From: Tubiluchus corallicola
Lineage: Eukaryota; Animalia; Priapulida
Assembly (NCBI GenBank): GCA_030141605.1
Contig: JAQGDQ010000127.1
Location: 434,001 to 498,000, forward strand
Length of the DNA: 64,000 nt
Direction: 5' to 3'
In this document: positions 1 through 10,773 of the stretch, piece after piece
Layout of the letters: the number at the start of each line of letters is the position of its first letter
Numbering within the stretch: position 1 is the first letter of the stretch
Made by a program: the position numbers and the translations under genes
Notes under the pieces: generated by a model
Databases searched by the model: none
What the model was told of the DNA's origin: nothing
The model's input: the letters and a program-made list of their open reading frames with translations, nothing else

Positions 1-292
1 CTTTTGGAGCTACTAAACTACACAACTATTCATAAAAACAGCAACATTCTCATGGGAGATTTCAATTTGCCAAAGCTGATACATAACCTGGATCCTATGC
101 CTTCTGAGGCTGAGTTCATGGAAGTAGTATATGAAAATCTGCTGTATCAACGTGTGCATAGCAACACACGTTTTCGTGAAGATCACAGTCCTATCTGTCT
201 GGACTTGGTAACTACAAATAATTGTGAACTTGCTGATTGTGTTTCAATCGAACCTCCACTTGGTAAAAGCGACCACTGTGTTATAAGTTTTC

Positions 293-369
293 ACATTGTA
301 TCTAGCACAGCTATTGTAGCTGACATTGTATCTACCACAGCTATTGTAGCTGACTTTGTATCTAAGCAC
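293..369 (+). repeat. 30-bp tandem repeat (about 2.5 copies) inside the LINE
   Basis: acattgtatctagcacagctattgtagctg / acattgtatctaccacagctattgtagctg / actttgtatctaagcac. Confidence 0.9.
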
Positions 370-695
370 AATTCTGTAGATAAATTACTTCAAAGCCAGT
401 TATGATCAAATAAGACAGAAACTAAATCGCTGGGATTGGTCAGTGTTGTGGAAAAGCTTTTTAGTAGACACCAAACTGCGCTGAAAAATTAAAACCCGTG
501 TGGATTACCAAAGATGCACTAGATGAGTAAAGTAAGTGGAAAAGCTGCAAAGTGCTAGAAAAGATACCATTAGCAATCAATTGGTTGCTCAGCAAAGAAA
601 CTGCACAACCTGGTAGATTCGTAATGCTAAGAGAGACTACAAAAAGCAGTTTGTCAACTCTGCAAAGGCAAGACCATAGTTGTTTTGGGTATATA

Positions 696-876
696 CAGTC
701 AAACCTCATTATAATGCCTCCTCCCTTTATAATGCCAACTTCACTTGACTCTTAGTATGTATATTTTTAGCAAAACAAAATGTCTATATTTGCATAGACA
801 TGTACGTATTAATGCACCTCATTATAACTCCAACTTTTTTGCAGTCCCAAATAGGCGGTATAAAGAGGTTTGACGG
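696..876. mobile_element. Tc1/mariner-pogo-type MITE, copy 1
   Basis: TA|CAGTCAAACCTC ... GAGGTTTGACGG terminal inverted repeats; the same family occurs in reverse orientation at 8483-8670. Confidence 0.8.
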
Positions 877-1395
877 TTTGATTATGTCAATCAAAAATTG
901 GGGAAAATAGGATAAGATACCAATGCTCACGGAGAATAGAAGTGGCGTTATAACTGATAAGGTCAAGGCAGAATTGCCTAGTCAATACTTTGCTAGTATG
1001 TTTGCTGATAAAAGAAATCACCATGGCATTCCCATGCCGAACCACTATGACCATTGATTCTGTGGTTTTTGGCATCTGAATGATACACAACCCTTGAGGT
1101 TGCTGTTCATAATAAATGTAAATATCAATAGCTTGCCTGGTTTTTATTATAGTGCATAGTCACTGCTGAATAGGATTTGCTATTATTGCTTAGAGTTTTT
1201 TTTGTTGTTGTTATTCTGTTATTGCTGCACCTGTGACAAGTCTTTAATTTTGCACCAGATTTAGTTAGTCAAAACTTAAGCACATAAGATACAAAAAGAA
1301 GAAAAAATACTCACTAAAAATTGTGCACTACAAGTCTTATGTTCTTAATCCATTGACTAATATATCTGTATTTAAGTAGCAAACTAATTTTCCAG

Positions 1396-2602
1396 AGTGA
1401 AGTTGAAGACACACTGAAACGCATCCAAGGTCATAGGGGAGTAATTGGAACTATAATTGTAAACGGTGAAGGTAAGCATGGATTTTTTGAATTTTTTGTA
1501 GTGTGTTTTCATACTGTTCATGACAGTGTGTTTCTGTAAAAAGCAGCATATACATTGTATTAACATTGGGAGCTTCTCCCACATAAATTCATAGATAATA
1601 TTTGTTTGGGAAGCAAAACTCAAAGGTAATTTGTGACTCGTGAAATAGAAGAAAAACACTGTAACTTGTAATAAAACTGATCACTGGGATAGTTTTGCAA
1701 ATGATAACAAAAACAACGTGAGTCAGCTTGGTCAGCGATCGGGGTTTATATAAATGAGAATAAGGTAATGTAGTGTACTATTTAGGACAAACATTTAATA
1801 GATTTTATTAGTCATTTGAGAACTTTATAATAGTTTATTAACTTATTTCTGCATTAACAATGCTAAAATCTTCTTTTTAACCTAAATATAAAGAAACTAA
1901 AGACATCTAGCAGTCTTATGGGTTAGGAGTTTCTGTGTATTTTTTTCTGTAAGTCACTTTCTACAGCTAACATTTTTATAATCTGATTTACTAAATATTA
2001 CTAATTTTTGCAGGCATTCCAATAAGAACTACTCTAGATAATGCAACCACAGTGCAGTATGCAGGTTTGTTACATCAACTAGCTGCAAAAGCAAGGAGCA
2101 CAGTACGTGATCTTGATCCACAAAATGATCTGACTTTCCTGCGAATTCGTTCCAAAAAGCATGAGATCATGGTTGCTCCAGGTGTGTTGCAAACATATTT
2201 TCTTAAAACTAAAGATATAACGATCTAGAACCAAGCCTTTCTACTATAAACACTAAAAAATAAAACCTTTGTGGTTTCGCATAAATAATTTGACACCTAA
2301 CTGATGAATCTGCAAACTTTTTTGCAAATCGACCTGCAAAAATTTACTGAAGCGAACTTTCAATTGAATTACTGAATTGAATTTGAATTTTAAAAATTAC
2401 GTATAATTGTTTATAAAATTGCAGAATATAGTTTGATAATCCAGTTGCTTGAAGTTACCTAAATTCAACTAATTTATAATGTGACAGGGCAGTTTAAAAT
2501 CTGTGCAGCAGAAAAAATCATAAGTACTGTTTTAAAATTTAATTGCTTTATTTTACAGATAAAGAATACTTGCTAATTGTGGTGCAGAATCCAAATGAGT
2601 AG
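1396..2602 (+). CDS. DYNLRB: Dynein light chain roadblock-type (DYNLRB1/2-like); coding exons 1396-1471, 2014-2181, 2559-2602; ATG-only first exon not found in window
   Basis: Spliced translation [26 protein letters not shown]|[55 protein letters not shown]|[14 protein letters not shown]. Canonical ag/gt sites; exon sizes 76/168/44 nt; introns fall where I recall them in vertebrate DYNLRB. Confidence 0.97.
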
Positions 2603-4194
2603 ATTTATATTGCCATCCTACATGAGTTTGTTATGGGTTATTGTATGTTTTCCAATGTTAGTGCTTTATTTATTATTAAATTGTTTGTAAAGGATTACTG
2701 TTACAAAGTGCATGTTTTTCTTATGTAGAATTCAGGTGCCATTAGAGCATTTGTTTAGGTGTCTTGTGTAAGTCAATTTATCTGATTCTTGTATTAGAGT
2801 TTTTATAAATTAAAACTTTACATAGAATAAAAAAGGTTAATTGTATTTTACATAAAAACAGTGTACATTTCTGCAAACAAGTTAACCATTCTCTCAGTGC
2901 TTACAAACTTTGATCTATTTTTTTTGTATTTTTGTACACTGCAGTGGTACAAAATCTAATCACAGTTAATCAGGAAGTTAAGTAGTCATGCATGAAAAAT
3001 ATAAACAGTGCTTATTGCTTTTACCTCATAAGCAATAACTTGTGCTGATTGTGTAACATCACTTGTATAATTTATAATAAATTGTGTTAATAAGTAATGA
3101 AAATATTATTTTGAGTATTTTTGCTAAAGCGCCATGAAATATTGAAGAGTTTACTAGATTTAAAGGGGGAGAAAAGAGCTTACTGTCTAGAAACTGTACC
3201 CTCTTTTCGATTCAGCTTCTTAAAACCCCAACCATACCTGTTTTAATAAAATTTGTAGGAGCTTTTAAGCAATAATTTGAAAAATATTGCTTTCGGGAGA
3301 TGCTCCAAAAACAAGGTATGGTCCCATTTATTGGGTTGCTGAAATAATAATGCAAATATCTCTATGCTTAATTGGAAATCATTTATCATTGGTTATTTCA
3401 AAATTCATGCAAGTCGCCTATTCTTTTCTGAAAATGCATAACCTGTCATGAATTTCATTTTGACATACTGTTGATGCAAACTGTTGATCGTAATATTTAA
3501 ATAGCTTTAGCTAGTGTTCTGGTGTTTTTTGCTTTGCTAATATGTTCAGCTGTGCCTTAAAAGTGCACTTTGTAATATATAAGTCAAAGCGTACATTTTA
3601 TGAAGGCCATTTGTGACCTTTGTTAAAAAGTGCATATATAGTACTGCACATGATGAAAAAACTTCTTTGGCTGTAAATATAGTAAGAAGAATTCAAAGAT
3701 ATGTTACAACTGCAGTAGTTGTAGCAAATTTTGAAAACTCCTATTGTTTCGTTATAGTAACATTTTCCTTTATTCAAACGACTGGTATTGGTGGTTTTAA
3801 GATCTCATGCATTTCCTTGTGATTTGTAATTTACATAATGAATTAATGGTACATGTTGTTCATTTTAATATGTGACAGCTGGCAGTGTGCAACAAGATTT
3901 TCAACAGATCTGTGTATTTGCTTGGCACATTGTTATCGGTATGTGTTTATGTGTCAAATTTCTTTAGAAGAAACCTTTTTGTGATTACAAAAATTAATAT
4001 GTAATATTTAGTAGTGCAGTATAAGTGCAATGTGTTTTAATTTGCGTTTGATAAAAACAGTGCCTTAAATTGTCTGCATTAAAAAAATGTAAAGTGCGTT
4101 GTAGTACTCTGTCCTATATGATAAAGTTAAGTAACTAATGTGGTATGCTTTTTTAATAGTTTTGTACAAGGATCATTAAAACTGGTACTTGAAG

Positions 4195-7100
4195 ATGTCT
4201 AACAGCACTGGAAAAGGAACAGTTGGTACACAGCATTTTTTGAGGGTATGTCTAAAATTTAATACTATCACAAGCTTTTCTTCTCATAGGTTGCTGGTAT
4301 TTTAATCTATACACTAACATTGAGAGAAAAAGGTTCACATTTTTTCATGTGATTTCGGATGCTTTGTTTAATTGCCTGATGCATTTTGCCATTTTATTTG
4401 CAGTACTTAATTAAAGAATGTTATATGTTTCTTATAACTCATAAAATATAAGTCTTAGTTTGAAACGACTAACTATTTTGAAGTTTCACGAATTTTGAAG
4501 TAGCTTCTTAGTATCTTGTCAATTAAAATTCTGTACCTTAAAATAATAAGCTTGTCTTGGTGTGGCTGTGCACTTTAGAGTGTCCATCGCTAGAAAGTGC
4601 TACACACCCACGAGTTTTCTTTAGCTCCATATCTCGAGTTTAAATCGCCCTTACAATTATCATAAAGCTCCCTTAAATTGTCACGCATGATTGTAATTAA
4701 TCTTTAAATAACATGCTGTATAATTGCAACACATGTAAAATAACTTATTTTCTTTTTTTAGATTTTGTGCTTGCATGGGTATAGGTAAGTGGAAAAACTA
4801 CAACTGTGATGCAGTTCAAGTTTTCTTCATTACTTCATTTGCGAAGAAATAATTTTTTAAAAGGATTTTGCAAAAATTGCAAATTTGATTTTGCTGTTCA
4901 TGGATTATACTGATCCTTTATTGTTGTGTTTAACAGTAGCAGTGCTATCATAATTAATGTTAATGATGGTAATCTTTTTCTGAAAAGTTGGCTCTAATGT
5001 ACTGTTTACACATTCAGTTTTAAACTATCAAACTAAAACTGACAAACAAAAACTGTCAGTCTAAAAACTGACGCGTGTTTAGGCGACATCAAACTTTACT
5101 CCGTCAAACTCTGGTAATAACTATTCAACAAGCCGTGTCAGTCAAAGTATGGCACCAATATGCAGACATGCTATGTTATCAGTTGGGCTAGTTTGTGTGA
5201 TTAAAAAAGGAGAAATTAGAGAAAAAAGAGTTAGAAAAGTTTGGATTAAAAATAAGTACTGTGGAGAATTGAAAGAGACAGTTACATCATGAATTCAAAG
5301 ATTTAAATGCTGAGGTGTCACATAACTGTTTGAATTGTTTGCATATGTCACGCCTGCAATGCTTGACTATCTGTTGCAAGAAGTTGTATTTAACCAACCA
5401 AATGCCTGTAATTAACCAACACACCTACAGTACTGTTGCAGATTGTTTAGTTGATTGGTAGAAAACACTACAGTAAAATTAGAATTTTGTTTTTGTCAGC
5501 AAAATCCAAATCTCTTTTGTATTACTGTTTCTACCTACCAGGTTCCAGTATCAGCCAACATGCAACAATGCTGAAGTCATATATAATATAGTATATTTGT
5601 ACCACTTGCTGGATGAATAATGACAAAATTCCCCAGCCCCGCACAAAATTGAATGCGAGCGCGATGATGTAACGAGCATACAGATGCTATTGGCTGTTCG
5701 GTCTGAGTTTGTCAGTTTGTTTGATGAATTCAAGATGGTTTGATATCATCAAACTTTGTTTGTCAGACTAAGTTTGGCAGTTTCGTTGTTTACGTGATCA
5801 AACTAGTTTGTTAAACTAAAACTGACAAATAGTTAGGTGAAAAAAACTGATCGTCTAAACGGCTCTTAAGCCTGCTTTAAAATTTACCTGGAAAATTTGG
5901 AATTAAAACTTGTGTTTTTTCATTTTGACAAAATAGACAAAATGCGGAAGTTTTTAAGGAGAAAACTGGTGCATTTAGAAAGATTTTGAGAAAACAGGCT
6001 GAATTTGGTGAGTTGTGTTTTTATAACAACTGTTTAGTGACTGTTATTTAAAGATCGAAAAAAGAAAATTTATTGTTAATAGAAGCAGTACAACTGGTTA
6101 AAGTAGATACTAATTTGTTATGTAACAAGTTTTATGCTGAAAAAACTATGCATTTTCTTTCTGTAGTATTTATTACAGCACCAAACGTGGTTCCTGATAC
6201 CCAAGCAGAACCTAAAACTAATACAAGCAGAGAAACTAAATCAGGTAAATAGTCCTTAACATGCTCTGCTATACTACAGCCTCACTTAAATTTGTTTCAA
6301 CAACAATTAGCTTCATTGGTGCAATTTCACAAGCTTTTCATCTTGTTACAGAACTTTAAATTTTTGTTACACTTTTTGCACTTTTAGATGTTCGAGGGTG
6401 GTGGTTTTCGAAGCCAGAGAAATGTTACAAGGCTACAGACTATTCAGATGTGGACATTGGCTTTCAAGAATCTCTTGCTGTGGTTAGAGATGCATGTAAT
6501 GAAAAAGTAATTATTAGTTCATGTTATTCTCATGTATAACCGTATAATTGCAGTTTTCCCAAAAAAGCAGGCTCACATTATTTTTCCTATCGCGCAAGTG
6601 GATTTTTTGCCAAAACTGAAGTGCGATTCATATCAGTTCGTTTGTATCATGTATCCACTATGGAGCTCACTATTACCACAAAATCATATCTTCATTGTTA
6701 CTGACAGCAGGCCTGCATCGTCTAGGATTATGAAGTTATGAAGGCATTTTTAATGAGCTATGTAAGGGCTAAGAAATTATTTCTTAGTTAAACCATCTTC
6801 TGTGAGATGCGTGATTTCCGACCTGGTAATCTTCAAAGAAACTTACTGTTCTCCACTAATTGGCTTCTGCAGCCTGGTTGATAAACATTATGATCTATAG
6901 TAGTGTCTTGAATAGTTTCTAAGAGAAGTAATGGATGACAGGTATTCTATCTTCATTTCAGGGTCCATTTGATGGAATTTTAGGATTTAGTCAGGGAGCT
7001 TCTATGGCCTCAATCTTGTGTAGTCTTCAGCATCAAGGAGGTAACGGGTAAAACTCACCTTGTTTGGAAATGAATATGTGGGGCTCAAGTTTACTACTCA

Positions 7101-7903
7101 AGTTAAAACTACTTCTAGTTCATATTCAGCCGTAGGCCATTTCACATCTGAATTATGTTTTTTTATGAACTTATGCATATTGCAAATAGAAACCTAGTAA
7201 TAAAAAGCAGAGCCTACTCAACGAGATATTTAGACTCATCATGGATCAATGTGGATCAGTAAAATTACTCACAAAATACTGAGTAGTAAGATTGGAAATC
7301 TAAATAATTAGATCATCGTTGTTTACCAAATGGATATCTTTTCTAGTCTGCACAAACTGTAAACCCTTAGTGCTGTAAAACAAAAAGCGTTTGTCTATCT
7401 CGATTATGTAGCGATACATTTTGTCTGGGCAACCAATAAAAACGTGCTTAAAATTAAATCAATTACTCAGCAATGCATGCTAGTCTACCTAAAAATTAAG
7501 GTAAATTAAAATTCTCATTGCAACATTGGTTTTTATTTCAGATGTCGATTTTAATTTCAAGTTTGCAATATTTGTAGCTGGATTCAAGAGTAGGTCATCC
7601 ACACATAATCGCTACTATGACGCCAAAATCGTTTTACCTACCCTTCATGTGTTTGGTGATAATGATGTAGTAATACCTCAAGGTGAGAAGAAATAATATT
7701 CCTATTTTTATAGAAAATGTACATACAAAGTAGTGATTGTTATATGTTGGAATAATTGTTTTTCAGAGATGAGTGAAAACTTGTTGCAGTACTTTGTTGA
7801 ACCACAAATGCTGAAGCACGAGGGTGGACATTTCATACCTACTAAAAGTGAATATAAGCATATTTACATAAAATTTTTGCAAGATATTGCAGCAAGTAGC
7901 TGA
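4195..7903 (+). CDS. OVCA2: OVCA2/FSH1-family serine hydrolase (esterase), 232 aa; coding exons 4195-4245, 4762-4784, 5937-6007, 6167-6244, 6388-6506, 6962-7040, 7542-7682, 7767-7903
   Basis: Spliced reading gives LRILCLHGYRQN..FKEKTGAFRK, RGWWFS, GPFDGILGFSQGA (nucleophile Ser), PTLHVFGDNDVVIP (Asp) and HEGGHFIP (His). All introns GT-AG, phases consistent, total 699 nt. Confidence 0.95.
4762..4784 (+). CDS. OVCA2: OVCA2 23-nt microexon (ILCLHGY-R)
   Basis: ttttttag|ATTTTGTGCTTGCATGGGTATAG|gtaagt; encodes the conserved FSH1 LCLHG motif and phases fit both neighbours. Confidence 0.9.
4999..5865 (+). mobile_element. Internally deleted PIF/Harbinger DNA transposon in OVCA2 intron
   Basis: Imperfect TIRs gtactgtttacacattcagtttt / aaaactgatcgtctaaacggctc near TAA/TTA, and repeated aaactgac/gtcagttt subterminal motifs. 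Frameshifted remnants RKVWIK, DLNAE...LHMS, PAMLDYLLQEV resemble a Harbinger transposase N-terminus. Confidence 0.65.
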
Positions 7904-8045
7904 AATAAAGGTGTTTATCTGGAAAATTTGCAATTCTACACTGTAATTCTAAATTGCACAACTGCTAAAACTTTGTAATTCCCTACTTTTTGTCATAATC
8001 ATATAATAGGCCTATAATAAAAAAATGCTAAATAATAATTTTATT
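7904..8045. terminator. Candidate polyadenylation signals of the convergent genes: + AATAAA at 7904-7909 and 8016-8021; - AATAAA at 8045-8040
   Basis: Hexamers seen directly; usage is inferred. Confidence 0.45.
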
Positions 8046-8482
8046 ACACACTGCATACTTTGCACAACATAATAACAGAGCTTAAGTTAATACAGCAACA
8101 TAAACAAAAATAAATACAAGCTATTCACAATTGCAGAGTGTGCCTGAGATGTAGTTTTTGATTAGAAACAATGAAGAAATTAAATTAAAGTAGTGCTGTG
8201 GCAAAGACCTTATTTGCACATTCTTGGAGCAAAAACAGGATACACTATTCAGAAATTTACATTTTACATAAAAATATTCATGGTCCAATATTGTGCAGCC
8301 CTACCTTGCAGATGTTTCATAAAAAACAATCCTAACTGCATCGCATAACTCAGGAAGAATAATAAAACAAACAGCATTATGGCATTACAAAATACACAAC
8401 AAAAAAATCTCTTATTACACTGTATGTTGGAGAAACTAAAAAATGTAAAATGTGCGATGAAGGAAGTGTTTTAAGTTCAGTA

Positions 8483-8670
8483 CAATCAAACTTCTTTATA
8501 TCACCGACTTTGGGACTCCAGAAAAAGTTGGCATTAAGCGAATTTGGCATTATAACGAGATGCATTAATACATACATGTCTATGCAAATGCAGAAAATTT
8601 GTTTTGCCAAAAATTTGGGCGTTAAGCAAGTTTGGTATTTTAAAGGGGGTATTATAACAAGGTTTGATTG
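8483..8670. mobile_element. Tc1/mariner-pogo-type MITE, copy 2 (inverted relative to 696-876)
   Basis: TA|CAATCAAACTTC ... AAGGTTTGATTG|TA with TA target duplication; interior tgcattaatacatacatgtctatgcaaat matches the reverse complement of copy 1. Confidence 0.85.
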
Positions 8671-9080
8671 TACTACATTTGTTTATACAATTTGTTTAAT
8701 TAACATATTCAATCACATTACGCAAAAACATGCAAGTGTTTACATATGTGAAGGCTCCTCATTTCAAGATGCAAGTCTTCAATGATATGACTAGACTGAA
8801 TATGATATGACAAAAATATTTAAACACTACTCGGGGTAGCAATGCATTTTCAGCAAAATTAAGTGGGCAAACAACACAAATCTCTTACAGCGTTAAAAAA
8901 GTTTGGCTTTCACGAACCAAATGATCATTGCTTAACAGCACCTAATGAACATTACTTACCAGCATCTAAATATACAGCACAGTCTGCCTAGGCCCTACCG
9001 AAAAGATTGTGATGTCACTGCACCAAGATTTGTCAACTATGGATGCATGGTAAGAATGGACATTTGACACTAACAAGACT

Positions 9081-9186
9081 TAGAAAATAGTCATAAGTTT
9101 TAACTAAAAACCATGGGTAAACTATTTCACGCTAGCAAGTCATAGAAAACAGTTATAAGTTTTTAACTAAAAACCATGGGTAAGCT
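9081..9186. repeat. Local direct duplication (about 42 bp unit)
   Basis: agaaaatagtcataagttttaactaaaaaccatgggtaa repeated as agaaaacagttataagtttttaactaaaaaccatgggtaa. Confidence 0.85.
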
Positions 9187-10543
9187 AATACTCTTTATTG
9201 ATCATTGAAAGTAATGAAATGTAAGCACAGTATAGTTATTTCCACTAGAATGCTTTATAACGATAAGTAATGATCGATGTTCAAGGCCCACTGGTCTATT
9301 CTATCAAGCTTGACAATAAAAATGCACTCAAATGGACAATACGTAACACCTTTGTTCAAAATGATTTGCTACACATTGAATCATATTACCAGGATTTAAC
9401 TGTAATAACTAAGCAGTACAGAACCAGTAACTCACTATATTATAAAGAAAATATTAATTATAATTATGATTTAACTAATCCACTTAGTTCTACTTATGCC
9501 ACCATTCTCAAGGAATTATATGCATATAATTATAACATCTTGCATTACAAAACTTTAAAATGGTACAAAAATACAGCATAAGCACGATTATTGGCATGAA
9601 TAATAATATTCACATTTATACATCATCTGCAAAGCTGTGTATAGGATATTAATAAATATTGCATGCCTGTAACTAATATGGTCCACAAACTCCACACATA
9701 GTAGCTTTTCTTATATTATAGTCAACTAAAATGTTGTAGGCTGCACTTTAACTGTTGTGTTGACTTATGTGTGAGGTAATTTAGTTTATATCATACCATG
9801 ACAAAGCCAAAACATGTGCAGATTTTAAGACGCAGCTTCCGCGCTAGTAAGAATTTAAAATATGCAGCTATTTACAACATTTTTTGTCAATTTACATGCA
9901 ATTTATAAATTATAGCTACTTTAGCATTTCAACTAACTTGCGCATATTTAACTTCCCAAGTTCTTGTAATTCTACAACAGCTAGTTCTTTGAATTTACAA
10001 ATAAATGCAACTGCTGTCACTTGATTATCAATCTCTTTTCTGTAGCTTAGGTACAATATTTACATATTAATTATAAACAGCAACAATGTTTTTCTTGGCT
10101 ACTTTCAGGACGTTAAGCATGTAACTTAACAGCAGACTATAATTTAATTTGTACACCTAACAATTTATACTTGCTCCACAATATCATTCAGCACAAAAGA
10201 ATTTCTGTTCTCTGATGTTGTGTCCGAAGAACTCTCGCTCATTATTGATATGTCTGCCACAATGCCACTTTCTGCAAAAACCAAAATTATGTATATATTA
10301 AAAGACCGACCTCTTCATAACATAGTACACCAAGAAATTGTTTTTGTAAAGTATACCAAGAAAATATATTGTCTTTATAAAGACTGCACAGTGAACAGAA
10401 AAGGCTTGTCGTTGTTCGTTGTTTGCTTTTTTTCATTAAATTACAATTTTATGGCAATTTTTGGTAACCCAATGTTTAGAAAACTAATTAGAAAAGACTA
10501 TTATGTATGTGTTTTCCCCATTTACATAGCCGAGAATTTGTGC

Positions 10544-10773
10544 TTAAAAACCTGTGGAAGCCGAGTGCAGATGTGGTAAAAAACGAAGGAGATTTCTTTG
10601 CATTTCTAAGTCACCAACTGGTCCAGCTGCTCCACAGGATGCAAATGATTGAGCAGATTGACTACTGTTTGATGATGACGTGCTGCTGACTGATATGACT
10701 GAATGTGGGCGCTTGTTCTGCTGTTGCAAGTGCTCAAACGATGAAACGGCAATGGAATTTCGGAAACGCCCTC
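10544..10773 (-). CDS. PLEKHG4: RhoGEF terminal coding exon (Ser-rich tail)
   Basis: GRFRNSIAVSSFEHLQQQNKRPHSVISVSSTSSS...STGF*. Confidence 0.8.

Larger units (their letters stand above)
1..1100 (+). mobile_element. Decayed CR1/L2-like non-LTR retrotransposon ORF2 fragment (APE endonuclease and linker), interrupted by a MITE; probably in DYNLRB intron 1
   Basis: ORF 4-405 has APE motifs ILMGDFN, TRFR..., LDLV, PPLGKSDH. Downstream frameshifted pieces read KASYDQIRQKL, KPVWITK and KAELPSQYFASMF, typical of the CR1/L2-group EN-RT linker. Stops and frameshifts present; 3' boundary approximate. Confidence 0.85.
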
